A DNA stretch of 62,683 nucleotides, the filler included. It is 13 parts of 13 records of this genome, joined end to end, with 100 filler letters (N's around TTAATTAATTAA, not from the genome) between each part and the next. Parts side by side here need not be neighbours in the genome. Positions count along the whole stretch, not along the records: positions 43,973 to 47,490 come from SRR15195285_4243; positions 47,591 to 53,234 come from SRR15195285_4244; positions 53,335 to 56,953 come from SRR15195285_4245; 10 more parts are not named here. One strand, given 5' to 3'. A model generated the notes under the pieces. The model did no database searches, was not told the origin of the DNA, and was given only the letters and a program-made list of their open reading frames with translations. Below, piece after piece: positions 44,729 to 56,700 of the stretch (the stretch's first letter is position 1; every line of letters starts with the position of its first letter). The position numbers and the translations under genes are program-made.

Positions 44729-46786
44729 TTACGGAGTTGTCATGTCGTCGATTGGTCCAACCGCTGGCTCTGTAGGTGGTGCGGTGTCGTCTACCCAACT
44801 GCTCTCAGTTGACAGCTTCGCATCATTGTCTCCGTCTACAGAAGACCCAAGGCCTTCCGACAGGCCACCGCTGCCACTGCTTGCACCTAGGCCACCGAGA
44901 CCACACAACCCAAGGAACCGATCTGGTCCACAGTTGAACAGGTTGTAATTAGTCTCCTTGCTGCCCTCGCCGCGCAGAAACGGGAGAATCATCCATGAAA
45001 GCATCGGTGAAATCAGCGCAACCATTGTCACGACGAGCCAGCCCTCGCGCGCTGTTTCGTGCCAGCCAGTCTCATAGAGCTCTGCTCCCGGCATAAGGTT
45101 GTCCGGCTGGCACTGATAGCAAGTGGTGACCGCATCGCACCACTCTGCCTCTAGTCCATCATCTGACGAGTCTAGAAGCCGCCATTTCATGTCAGGACAG
45201 AACACTCCCGCATCTCCGGGAGTCTTGCACCCAATCATAGTATCATTCTTAAAGCGCTCGCCGCAGAACATCTCCCCGTCACGGCAGTCGTGACAATTTG
45301 GGACGTAGTTGGAGTTCATCCAGCCATTGAATGCCTCAGACGGCGCAGCGATCAGCAAATCTTTGATCGATGCCACAGCTACGAACACACCCTCGCGTCC
45401 AACTGGCGCCACGGTTGCGGCCCACGCTGACTGCCGTGGAGACCAGAGCAGCTCACCGAGAGTAAGGAAGATGATCCACAGTGTTGCCATGACGATGTTT
45501 GGGTCTATCGCAAGAAATGTGGGAGAAACGGCCATTATCCAAAGACCGGGCATGATTACCGTGAAGGCCTCCTTCGGACCAGTAAGACCCGCAACGACAG
45601 GAGCAAAAAACATGCAGCCCCATGTGTTGATGCTATTGATCGTATACGCAGGCGTGTCGACACCATACATCCGCGTCATTTGTGGAGGCATCATGGTGTC
45701 CATGTCACCCCACAGCTTGCTGACGAAAAAGGTGGTTAACGAGAAAGATATCACCATCCACAGGTTGCGGAGCTTTCCGACTTCCTTGAACTGCGTCCCA
45801 AGGCTGTTGACGGCGCTCTTCACAGCGGCGCCATACCCTTGCTCCTTCGCCAACGCTTGCATCCGTGGGACGAAGCCTGCAGACACGAGGGGCGTATCAA
45901 CTACGCGATACTTTCGCGTGACGCGTTGCCGCCATGCGCGTAGCCCTGTGCTGCCTTGAGGAACAGTTGGCAAGGGTGGCGCGTCTGAAAGCGGGATTCC
46001 ATTGATGTCAACGGTCGGCATATCGATGCCTTCCGTCTCTGGCTCCGGATCATTGACATCGATGACAGTGTGATCTTTCAGGTAGAGCGCAGCGATGAGC
46101 AGCGCGACGGCTAGCGCAACCCACGTTGTCAGTATGAAGAGACGAACGCCAGAGAATGTCATCCCGAGTAGCTCGGTATCCTCCCACTTGCGGAAAATAT
46201 CTACGAACGTGTACGACATCGAAGCAGACAAATTGAATGAGGCGTACTGAACCGCAAAAGCGAACGGCCGAAGCTTCGGCGGTGTCAGTTTCTTCAGCGC
46301 AACCTTGTAAAGTCCGGCGGAAAGAAGCGCATCGCCGAATGGTGTGAAGAAGAAGCACGCCATGTACAGCTGAAAGTGTGAGTCGCCGAACGTCCATAGT
46401 GTGCGTCCAACGAGCGCGATCGAGAGCGCAATCAGCGCTGTCTTGCGTACTCCAATTGCGTCCGTGATCATCGAGCCGAGGATGCTGGCGACGATCGAAA
46501 TTGTGCCAGACAGGCCGAGCAACCACCCGGTCCTGATATCGGTGTCGCAATCGGGAATTTCGACGCCGTCGTCCGTGTCACACAGGCTCCATTCGTTCGC
46601 CACGTACTGGTAGCGGACAGCTCTGAGTCCGAAGTTGCGGTAGCTGTTGAGCATCTCCAGCAGCAAGACCCAGAAGACCTGGGTCGGCAGAGCACCAAAG
46701 TCTTGGATGTACTGCTTCGCGCCGGCGATGATGCCGACATCCTCCGCCTTCTTCCCTCCACCGGTCAGGCCTTCGTCCATCGACAT
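44729..46786 (-). CDS. MFS transporter, POT/PTR-like
   Basis: About 12 TM helices; GSMITDAIGVRKT (MFS motif A-like), LTLGELLWSPR and APVGREGVF; first plausible ATG at 46786. Confidence 0.85.
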   Translation of the reverse strand: MSMDEGLTGGGKKAEDVGIIAGAKQYIQDFGALPTQVFWVLLLEMLNSYRNFGLRAVRYQYVANEWSLCDTDDGVEIPDCDTDIRTGWLLGLSGTISIVASILGSMITDAIGVRKTALIALSIALVGRTLWTFGDSHFQLYMACFFFTPFGDALLSAGLYKVALKKLTPPKLRPFAFAVQYASFNLSASMSYTFVDIFRKWEDTELLGMTFSGVRLFILTTWVALAVALLIAALYLKDHTVIDVNDPEPETEGIDMPTVDINGIPLSDAPPLPTVPQGSTGLRAWRQRVTRKYRVVDTPLVSAGFVPRMQALAKEQGYGAAVKSAVNSLGTQFKEVGKLRNLWMVISFSLTTFFVSKLWGDMDTMMPPQMTRMYGVDTPAYTINSINTWGCMFFAPVVAGLTGPKEAFTVIMPGLWIMAVSPTFLAIDPNIVMATLWIIFLTLGELLWSPRQSAWAATVAPVGREGVFVAVASIKDLLIAAPSEAFNGWMNSNYVPNCHDCRDGEMFCGERFKNDTMIGCKTPGDAGVFCPDMKWRLLDSSDDGLEAEWCDAVTTCYQCQPDNLMPGAELYETGWHETAREGWLVVTMVALISPMLSWMILPFLRGEGSKETNYNLFNCGPDRFLGLCGLGGLGASSGSGGLSEGLGSSVDGDNDAKLSTESSWVDDTAPPTEPAVGPIDDMTTP

Positions 46787-47719
46787 CCCCGAGCGTCCGC
46801 TGGCTGGCCTGACTCGCTTGAGAGCACTCACCACCAGGCCACCAGCACTCTATCCAGCACTAGCAACGGTAGCAGCAGCACAGGCACTCTATCAGCGGCA
46901 GCAGGAGCAGCAGCAGCAGGAGGAGGAGGACGGCGTTCTCGTCGGACGCTCCGCAGGCTCCGTCATACAATGACACCGGTCTGCCTACTAGCTAGTATAA
47001 TATTCTAATATACTCGCTACTGGCCAGTGCGTCGTCCTCCGCCGTTGAACTCGGCGAATTGCTTGTATTACGTATTGATTCGTACGTCCGGCCGCACAGG
47101 CACATCGGACACCCGACCTGTGGCGGTGCACTGGGTGCAGAGATCAGCATCAGGACGGGGAGACGGAAGGGGCACGCGAGGCGTTCTCCTGACGCGCTGA
47201 CGGACGAGCATGCAGTCGACGGATTTCGCGGCCGTTGGTGAGGCCTCTTGCATGGTCGATGTTCCCGCGCGGCGCCTACCTACAGCTACATTTTTTCAAA
47301 AAAAATCCTACTAGTAGCTAGTACGGTGTACGGTTCGCGTGGGTGAGGACCAGAATCAGAATCAAATGGGAAACAAGGAAAAGTGCCAATTTCGCCATTG
47401 AAACAAATTTCGACCAACGACTCGGAGAGGACGAGTCAGGAGGGTCATTGTCTAAAATCAGTCGGAGCAGGAGGAAGAGGCACGAGAATTNNNNNNNNNN
47501 NNNNNNNNNNNNNNNNNNNNNNNNNNNNNNNNNNTTAATTAATTAANNNNNNNNNNNNNNNNNNNNNNNNNNNNNNNNNNNNNNNNNNNNGCACTCCTGC
47601 GGGGGTGCCGTAGCGCGCGCGGATCCGTCCCGCGCGCGCGGCCGGGCGCGCGCGATCAGCGAGGCTCTCCCGTGGCGCATCGCGCCGCCCCGCCCGCGCG
47701 GCGCCAAGGGACGGGGCGG

Positions 47720-49489
47720 ATGTCCCGTGAGGCGTCAGTGCTTGGGGCGTCGCTGCCCTGGGACGTTGAGCCCTCAGCCTCAGCACAGCCTGAGCCTGAG
47801 TCTCAGGTGGAGGCCACACCGCCAGCGCCGCTTGAGCCCAGCCCAGCCAAGAGCGGCGGCGGCTGGCTCGCGAAGTTCTCGCGGCCGTGCGCCGTTTGCC
47901 GAGAGGAGATCCCTGTCCGTTTCCGTCGTCCTTTACCATCTCGTACTTATTGCACCAAACTGCAATCGAACATGCTGAAAACATCTAGATTTAACTACAT
48001 GATTGTGCTGGGACAGGTCGGGGAGAGCATTTTCCCGACGGATGAGTCGGCTGGTGGTGGATGGGCGCACGTGCGCTGTATGTCATCGGACGGGGAGGAG
48101 CTGGTGCCGCCCATGTGCAAGTACTTTGTGCGGCTGGGACGCTGCGCCTACGGGGATCGCTGCCTGTATCGGCACACCGGGAGCGAGGCGGAGCTGGCAG
48201 CTGCCGCGGTGCGGCGACGGCGCGGCACTGGGAGTGGCGGGAGTGGGCGCGCCGCCATCTCCAACAGCGCTAAGGCCTCGGTGTTCCGGCGCTGGCTGAT
48301 TGATACTTTTGGCCGGGCAAGGCTGCGGTCTGGGGTCGTCTTGGATGTTGCTGGTGGCAACGGCGCACTCGCATACGAGCTCGAGAACCTCAACGACATT
48401 CGGTGCGCTGTGATTGACCCGAGACCACTGCGGCTCAACAAGTTTGCAAAGCGCCAGCACTACGCACTGTTCTCTACCAACCCAGCGTTTCAGCGCTACA
48501 TTGACGTGCCGGACTATGCGCACCGCGCGCCGCTGCGCCCAGCGCAGCTCAGGGTGTTCCTCGATCAGCAACTGATCTCTTGGGCACTGCAGCAGCCATG
48601 TCAACTCAGTTCGCAGCGACGGGGCGAGGAGACGGACACACCCTTCAGCTGGGGGGCTGCGTTGGAGCGGGGCCGATCCGTTAGCTGGACGGCCCGTGGG
48701 CTGCAGTTGAGTGCGGCGGCTGGCGCCACCAACAGCCGTAGCGAAGGCGGCGGCATCGCAAGCACTGGGACAGTGCTTGGCGGTCGCTACAGCACAGCAG
48801 ATCTTGCGGTTCCGCCGCACGAATTTTTTCGACAGAGCGAATGGGAGGGGCTATTTTCTGACTACGATGTGGATGGTGTTCCGACCACAGACGCCGATGG
48901 TAAGCCACTGCCGAAAAATGCCAGAAAAAAGCTGGCGAAGCGCCATCGCACGTACACCAACAAGTGGAAGCGACTGTCACAGCGGGTGGCAGAGCCTGAT
49001 ACAAACGGCGCTGCGAGCGACCAAACGGATCGAAGTAGTGCCAGTGGCGACGATGGTGGGCCTCCTCGGACACTAGCCCCATCCGGCAAAATCTTTGTTC
49101 CCATGACAGAGAGCGAGTCGGAAGTTTCTCCAGAGGAGGACCCAAACGAAGCGCGGCGTTACCTGGCTGAAGCCAGCAGCGTGGTCGTTGGGCTGCACCC
49201 TGATCAGGCAGCGGAGGCGATCATCGATTTGGCGTTGGCATCCGGCGCAGCATTTGCAGTCGTTCCGTGCTGTGTATACTCTGCCGAGTTTCCACAACGT
49301 AAGCTCAAGCTATCAGATGGCAGCAGCACACTCGTCCGAACATACGACCAGCTTTTGGAGTATCTCAAAGCCAAGGCAGAGACGAGCAGTGGCAATAGAA
49401 TGGAGAGGGTGATTGAGGAGGCCACGCTAGACTTCGAAGGGCTTAACCGAGTGATCTACAGCCACGCAGCCCGCGATGGTGGTAGCTAG
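47720..49489 (+). CDS. CCCH zinc-finger SAM-dependent methyltransferase (Trm44-like fold); probable intron 47915-48016
   Basis: CKYFVRLGRCAYGDRCLYRH (CCCH); VLDVAGGNGAL (SAM motif I), VIDPR and VVGLHPDQAAEAIID...FAVVPCCVY. Confidence 0.82.
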   Translation: MSREASVLGASLPWDVEPSASAQPEPESQVEATPPAPLEPSPAKSGGGWLAKFSRPCAVCREEIPVRFRRPLPSRTYCTKLQSNMLKTSRFNYMIVLGQVGESIFPTDESAGGGWAHVRCMSSDGEELVPPMCKYFVRLGRCAYGDRCLYRHTGSEAELAAAAVRRRRGTGSGGSGRAAISNSAKASVFRRWLIDTFGRARLRSGVVLDVAGGNGALAYELENLNDIRCAVIDPRPLRLNKFAKRQHYALFSTNPAFQRYIDVPDYAHRAPLRPAQLRVFLDQQLISWALQQPCQLSSQRRGEETDTPFSWGAALERGRSVSWTARGLQLSAAAGATNSRSEGGGIASTGTVLGGRYSTADLAVPPHEFFRQSEWEGLFSDYDVDGVPTTDADGKPLPKNARKKLAKRHRTYTNKWKRLSQRVAEPDTNGAASDQTDRSSASGDDGGPPRTLAPSGKIFVPMTESESEVSPEEDPNEARRYLAEASSVVVGLHPDQAAEAIIDLALASGAAFAVVPCCVYSAEFPQRKLKLSDGSSTLVRTYDQLLEYLKAKAETSSGNRMERVIEEATLDFEGLNRVIYSHAARDGGS

Positions 49490-49783
49490 GCAGCACTGCG
49501 AGAGAGAAACGGCCAGTTGCGGTAGACCGGATTTCTCGCTGCATTTCTGAGTGGCCGCTATATTTCTCCCGACAACTCTACCTGCAGCCACGCATGCCTA
49601 CCGACCTCGTGCCTGCTTGGAACGCGTGGCTGTGAAGTGTGCACCACACGTACCGGTATCATGTAGTGTTACACAATTCTACTCGTCGTGCCGGTATTTT
49701 CTCTGCCGCTCCTTCTTCTCGTCGTTGCCATCAGCCAAACGTCGAGCGAGTGCGGTGGCAGGGTAACTTAAGATGCCATCTAC

Positions 49784-52700
49784 TTAGGCAGCTGTACCTG
49801 TGAGGATCTCCTTCGCATAATTCATGCAGATCAGCTCGTTCCCCGAGGGCGGAGGAAGAGCTACCTTTGCTGGATCGGCCTCCGGGTCGGCGATATCCTT
49901 CCAATTCTGTGTGTTCACGTCCAGAAATTCAACCAGTTCGGCGAACACAGGAATGTGGTTGGCCATCTTCTGCAAGCAGCCCTTGACGACAAAGTTGCCG
50001 AAACCAATCTGTGACTTTGCGACGTTCGGAAGGTAGACCTCGTCGAAAATATTGTCGCCGATGTCCATGAAGCCGCTTACAGGCAGACCGTTTGCTTTCT
50101 CCTTGGCGACCTGCATCTTAAACTCTGTGCAAACCATACGCGCCCACCTGGAGCATTCGTCCCATGGCCAGGCAGCGTTGGCTATGTCGAGGCCGTGGAG
50201 GATCGCCTCGAGCCAGAATTTTTTGTCCTCAGGATCTTCGACACTAAACGAGGACTTCTCATCGAGCTTTTTCATCTTCACGCCATGGAAGGTCATATCC
50301 GTCTGGATGATGCAGCTAATGATTGTAGACCGCACAAGCTTAAACTCGTCTTTCTCAAGCCCACCGAAAATCTCACAGCCAGGGAGGCGGCTGGTCTCGA
50401 AGCACTTCCTTGCGTGCATCGACTCAAGCAGTGAGGTGTCGTTGTATGTCAAGGCGAGCTCGTCGTAGGAGTTCATGTGGAAGGCATTGTTGACACCATC
50501 GTGGTTAGTGTCATGGCACAATGCCGCTACCAACAATGCAAACTGGTCCATATTTCCGAGGCCCTTGCGGACCTCCGGGCACTTGGACATGGCCCAGTAG
50601 CACCCTTGGAAAACACCGAAGCCGTGCCACATGTTGTGGTATGGGACCTCGTTGTACTGAGAGAAGATTTTTGCCGCGAAGGTGGACACGATCTCCTCCG
50701 TGAGCTTGCAGTTCTGCATGAAACCTCGCTCGTGAAAGACTAGGACGACGCTCCCAACCAGCTGTTCCATCGAGTAGTTCAGGACAGGGAACGACCACTG
50801 CTGCAGCTCTTCGATGGACGGCAGGCTCAGGCCCGCGAGGACGCGAGACGGCGCAGCCGGCTGCAAGTTGTCGATCGAAAACTCAGCCATCACGGTGTTG
50901 CCGCTTGCGCCGGCGAGCGGTGTTGTGGTACTCTGTGGACTTGCAGTGCCGATTGTGATAGCCCTCGTCGACGGCCGAAGTTTTGCAAGCCTGTTGCGCG
51001 ATGCCGCGTCCTGGAACTCGTCGAGCTGCTCATAATCCTCGGCCGCGTAGGCCAGGTTCGTCTTCTCGGCGATCTCGTTGATCATGTACGAGATCTCATC
51101 CAAGAAAATGCGGAGCTGTTTGGCGTCTTTTTTGTCGAAACTCGGGCCATCGACTTTGTTGATGGCCTGTACGACACCAACCACATTCCCGAGCTCAATT
51201 TTCTTCACGCTGTCCTGCCACCACTGCGAGAACTCGTCGAAATCAACCTCGTTGCTGCCGTCTTCGTCCATATCTTGCATAGCCTCATCGAGTTCCTTCC
51301 TCGAGAGCCGCTTCCCAAGCTTCACCGCGAGAGCATTGATCTCATCCCTATCGAGCGAGCCGCCTTTGTCAGTATCCGCGTCTTCGAATACTTTCCGCAG
51401 CTCTACTTCGCTCTTCTGCGTCACCATGCTCTTGGACGGCGCCATGTACTGCACCGCGCTGACGAGCGTGCTCTTGGGCTCAAACCCAGCCGGCGCGTCC
51501 GGGCCAGACGGTTTGAGTGTGTGCGACGAGTCCCAGACTGCGCGCGGGTTCTCGCGGATGGCGTCGGAGCCGACAATGACTTCGTCAGGCGTGGCGGCTA
51601 CCGTCCGGTCCTCCCGCGAGCGCACGTCCTCTTGCGCAACCCGCCCGACGTATCCGCTCTCCAGCTCGATCTGCATGTCTTCTTCGTAGATTTGCGGGTC
51701 TGTATCATCCTCGTATCCGATGGCCTCGACTCCATGCGGGAGCAGCTGCAGTTTCTTGGGCTTGTGCACCATATCACGCATGAAGTACATGGCGACGAGC
51801 TCGGCGTTGAGCATGTTGCGACACGCCTTCACAATTGCACGCGTCGCTGTGTCTTGATCTTTCGAGACTGACCTGTACACGGAAAGCAGCGCCTCTGCCT
51901 GGATTTTGGACTGCTTCTCGGCCTCGGCCTTGGCGCGAAGAGCCTCGTCGGCGCGGGCAAGCTTGCGTGAAATCTCCGCCATCAGCTGCTCCATGTCGAC
52001 GTCTTCGGAGTTCGCTGCCGGCTCCGCGGCTCGTGGGGTGGGGGACTGGCCCCCCGAACCCTCGCCCATCGCCACAACGTGATCTCCGTCGACGAGCACA
52101 TCGCCGAGCGTGTCCACTGGGCTGAGGCTGGCACCGTTGAACTGGGACGGCGGAAATCACGCACCGGGATTAGGGGGAGCGGAGGTCCTGAGAGACGGGC
52201 GGCGCGCGCGGGGGGGAGGGGGGTGAGGGGTGAGGGGAGGCTTAGAGGATGGCACGGACCGAAAGCCCGAAGATGGGCTTGCCAGTGCGCCGCTGGATCT
52301 CCGCCGTCACGTCCGCGACAGTCTGGCGGTGGTCGCACGGGACGATGGCGTGCACGCCACCTGGCGCCGCGACGTTCAGTCGGACTTTCCCCATGTCGAG
52401 CGTCGAATGGAACTCCGGCTCGGCAGCCGGCACCCTTGCACCGCTTGACGAGACGCTCGAGTAGTCGAGCAAGCTCCGGGTCGTGTTCTACAGAGCACGC
52501 GCACCGTACAGCGACCGCTGTGAGCGAGGAGGGAGCGGCGAGAAAGGGGGAGAGGAGAGGGGGGGCACCATCGATGTGGATGGTGCCCCCAACGCTCGTG
52601 AGGGAGCAGCGGCTGGCTCGGGAGACAGCGGGAGGCGGTAGGGGGGGGCTCCTTGCACATCCCGCAGCGTGTGTACGACAGAGACAGACAGACACCCCTC

Positions 52701-53155
52701 GCGCAAAGAAGGAGCGAGAGAATGAGTAAGTGAGGAGGAGAGAGGGAAGAGGAAGGAGGGAGGGAGAGAGGGATGTGCATCTCTCTTTCTTCTCTCTCCG
52801 AATGGGCCTCTCTCTCGCTGGCGCAATGTCATTCGCCCCAAGCTGTACCTTGCCACCCTCCCACCAACCTCCGTGCGCAAAGCGGGCGGGCGACAAGAGC
52901 GAAGTAGAGGGCAACAGCGAAGAGGAACGCGCGCGAGCAAGGCCTATCCTCCCTCCTCCCCCTCTGAATGGCTCCCTCCACCCTCTTCCCGCCGTCCACC
53001 ATGGTGTGCAATGAACGCCACGCTGCTGCTGTTGCTGGGCCCACCTGCACGATGCCCTCGAGCTCCCTGGTGAGCTCCTCGTTCCGTTGCAGCGCGGCGG
53101 TGAGGCGGCTCAGGTTGTGCGAAGCAGCGGCCGGCCTAGTCGCGGACTCAGCCAT
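49784..53155 (-). CDS. Class I cyclic-nucleotide phosphodiesterase: Ubl-like, coiled coil, GAF (with EF-hand insert), PDEase_I; exons 53045-53155, 52260-52487, 49784-52141
   Basis: PYHNMWH, ALCHDTNHDGVNNAF, LESMH, TDM, LHGLDIAN, EFKMQ and SQIGF catalytic motifs. GAF C-terminal VVGVVQAINK...FDKKD. Phase-0 GT-AG introns 52488-53044 and 52142-52259 join the upstream exons in frame. Confidence 0.93.
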
Positions 53156-53722
53156 ACACCACCACGACCACCCCCAGCAGCCCCCAGCCCATTCACCACG
53201 CCAACGCCTTCACGATTCTCACAGTCCCTTTTACNNNNNNNNNNNNNNNNNNNNNNNNNNNNNNNNNNNNNNNNNNNNTTAATTAATTAANNNNNNNNNN
53301 NNNNNNNNNNNNNNNNNNNNNNNNNNNNNNNNNNCCCCTGGCGCCCCTTTCCACCGCGCGGCAGGCCCCGCCCAGCCCCCGGCGTCCCGCTAGCAGCTGT
53401 CCATCGCGGGCGTTGGCGCCATTTGGTGGCGCCAATTTGCTGCGCCCGTCCCTGCGCACCCGGGCTGCACCGCGCGCCGGCCGGCTGACTTGACACTCAC
53501 ACTGAAAATTCCACGGATTCCAATGCTGAATCAGAATGCCGCTGCACCAGTATGCCCTCTATCCTAGATATGCTCCCGGCGGTTGGGCTCGAATTTGAAT
53601 CGTCCTGGTCGTGAAGGTCCTGGTCCTCGACGACGGATGGACGATCGTCGTCATCGAGAACACGCACCACACGCAGCACAGCACAGCCAAGAGCCGTTGT
53701 GAAGCCAGAGAGGCAGCAGCGG

Positions 53723-56700
53723 ATGTCCGGGCGGCGGAAGGGTGACATGGACCCTCGGAGCGCCGCATTGGCACTGGACGTGCTGCATGTAGTGGAGCGT
53801 TGCTTCCTGCCTAGCACAGGTCCGATCCAGGCTCGAGCGCTAAACCAGTCGGGCTTCGAGGCCCTGTGCCGTGAGATGGGTGTAGTGAATGCCGACTGGG
53901 GGGCGAGGCTGTTCGCTGCGATCGACGCCGACAATACGGGCGCGATCGATGCGTTCGAACTGCTCAACGGACTCCGCGTTATGGGCGCGTTGCCGCAGCC
54001 GCAGTCGACCAGTGATGGCACCGACGCGCAGAGACGCCGGCTGGCGTTCCGCATGCTGGACGTAAGTCGTACAGTCGCCGTCCAGCCCGTCCACCGCCAG
54101 CTGTTAGTACACAGCTTCTCCTACCTGATTGATCTCGCTGCTCACACCTGACTGCTTGCACCCCTCGCAGCTAGACCGTGATGGGCGGATCGACCGTGAC
54201 GAGCTACGCGAATTTGTCCGCTCGTTCGCAACTTCAGCGCGAGAGGTGACTGAGGGGTGGGTGGGACAGGTGTGTCATGGCACAAATCTCCGCGCCACTC
54301 CTACTAGTAGTTGTGAGTCTAAGCGCAATACCTGCGTCTGCGCCCGCCCCGTAGTTCGAGGACATCTTTGGTGGATCCGGTGCATGGCGTGAGCAATCGG
54401 AGCTGCGTCATGGTCTGCTAGGCCTGAACGTGCGAACGGAGGAGGCTATCGATGAGCTGTGCGATGTTATTGTTGCGTCAGTGGAGCAAGCAGAGGACAG
54501 TAGGCTAGCGGACGAGGGTGATGATGACCGTGCAGTGGCGGAGATGGGCCAGGCAGGTTTCGATGCGTGGTGCCTGCGTGAAAGTCCAACGCGGCTATGC
54601 ATTGAGGCTGCTTTAGAAGAGCAGGCACGAGCATGGGCTGACTGGATGAGTTTGTCCCAGCGGGAGCGTGAAAGCGGTTCACGCTTACTTCCGAGTCAAC
54701 GTTTCAAAGTGCAGGCTGTCCCAGGCCTAGCAGGCAGGTTGGACCGCCTTGCTGAGCGTGGCATCCAGCCACTGTTTGAATCCTTTGCTGGCTACGGCCA
54801 GATGAGCGAATCAGACTTCCAGCGCTGTCTCGCCCGCCTCGGTGTCACAGCGTCGCATTTGCGTTCCAGACTATTTGCTGTGTTCGGGGACAGCTCGAAC
54901 TTCGTGGACGTGGCGTGAGGCCTCACAGCCTCCCTTTCCCCGTTGCTAACCACACATTCGTTTGTCGAGCACTGACTGGTGATGGCTGCTCACAGCGCGT
55001 TCACAAGAATGGTCCGGGCACTGATGGACGATAACGAATCTGCGCGCCACTATCTGGCCTTCAGGTTATTCGATACGGATGACAACGGCTTCGTGACCGA
55101 GACAGAGGTCGCCGACTTCGTGTCACGGTTTTTCGGAGAAGCCACTGATGCCTCCAATTCCGTGCTAGACCGTTCGCGTCAACTTTTAGGGTCTTCTGCG
55201 ATGCATGTGCATGTGCAGCAAATATCTGGGTCAATCATGGAATCCTACAAGCGTGAAATTCTGAGTGGGATCTTTAACAGTGAACAAGACATCGCTCCAG
55301 GTCCAGGCGGACAGCGTAGGGTGTACCTGGATGAGTTTGCTCAGTGGACGAAGTCTCGCGGCAACCGAATTCGGTGCTATTTTGACAGCTTGGCGAAGCA
55401 TCTGCTGGAGGTGCTCATGTTGACAGGCAGCGGTCAGCTCAATTTTGCCGAGCCAGCGAGCGCATTTGGCACAGACTCACCTGAGGTTCTGCAGCTTGTG
55501 AACTCGTTATCGCAGAAGTCTCAATCGGTACTCGTCTTTTGTGTCCCCAGAATAGAACTTACTCAAATTTGCAAATTCACACTTGAACGTGTACTTGCGC
55601 TCTCGTAGGGTGCAAAGAAGGTATCGACCAATGCTGTTGGGTTGCTTGGCACGTCCAGATTCACGAGGCACAAGGTAGGCTGGCCTGGTTCCAAATTTGC
55701 AACGATGCGTACACTCAAACTGTTTGTGCGTATTATCATGATGGTGTCACAGGTCAAGATGTTGCAAGATCTTTTCACGAATGTCTCACAAGATGGGGTC
55801 ATGGGACCGCCGGAGTGGAGACGATGTCTCACAGCTACCGGTATTCACAACACGTTTGTTGTTGAGCGTCTTTTCGAACTTTTCGACACCACCGGCGACC
55901 GGAGAATGACAGCAAAGGAGTTTACAAGCGGCTTGTCTGCACTAGTCCATGATTCAGACCCTGGCAGCGAAGCAGCTGCTTTGAAAGCTCGACGGTTATT
56001 CGCGTTTCGATTCTATAACCAAACAGGTGAACAGTTCTTCGAGCGACAAGACTGCGTGAGCTTTCTGAAGAGCTGGGTTGTTTGTGCCAGAGATGCAGTA
56101 AGACAGGCCAACGAGCATCTACTGAACGTCTACGGCGTCGAACAAATTGATCTCGTGACCATCCAGTCACCAGTGCAAGGGGCCGCACGGTCAGCAGTAA
56201 CTGATTTATACGACCGGGTGTATGAGCAGCTCGATGAATACTGTTTGGACGTGTGGCGTGAATATGCTGTGCAGAAAGGGGAGCGCATGACCGAAGATGA
56301 ATTTGTGACACTCACAGTGGTTGCCCCGCAGATGTTCGAATGGCTCAACGAGCTCGGTATGACGTTAGGACGTGAGCTGGAAAAGTTGCGAGATACGAAT
56401 TTCGAAAAGGCTTCCGCGACCACGGTGTCAGAAGGCACTGAACTGAGTGTCATTCGAATCAAGAAATCCTTCGCAGCCTCGGCGCATAATGGGGTGATGG
56501 ACCAGCCAGCATTCAAACGCTGCGTCCGAGGTCTGCTTGGAATGGACGCTCCTGGTTTTGCAGCTGCGTTATTTCGAGCAATCGACGTTAACAAGAACGG
56601 TTTTTTGAGCCAGGACGAGTTCGTGGACGCATTCACAACAATTTTGCGCGGGACTGTAGCTCAAAAAGCCGGTATTGCATTTCGTATCCACGACGTACGT

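Noticed and set aside
932-53155. Adenylyl cyclase, PDE, Ca2+ sensors and ciliary genes as a physical signalling cluster
   Set aside because: They lie on different contigs joined by artificial spacers, so no linkage can be inferred.
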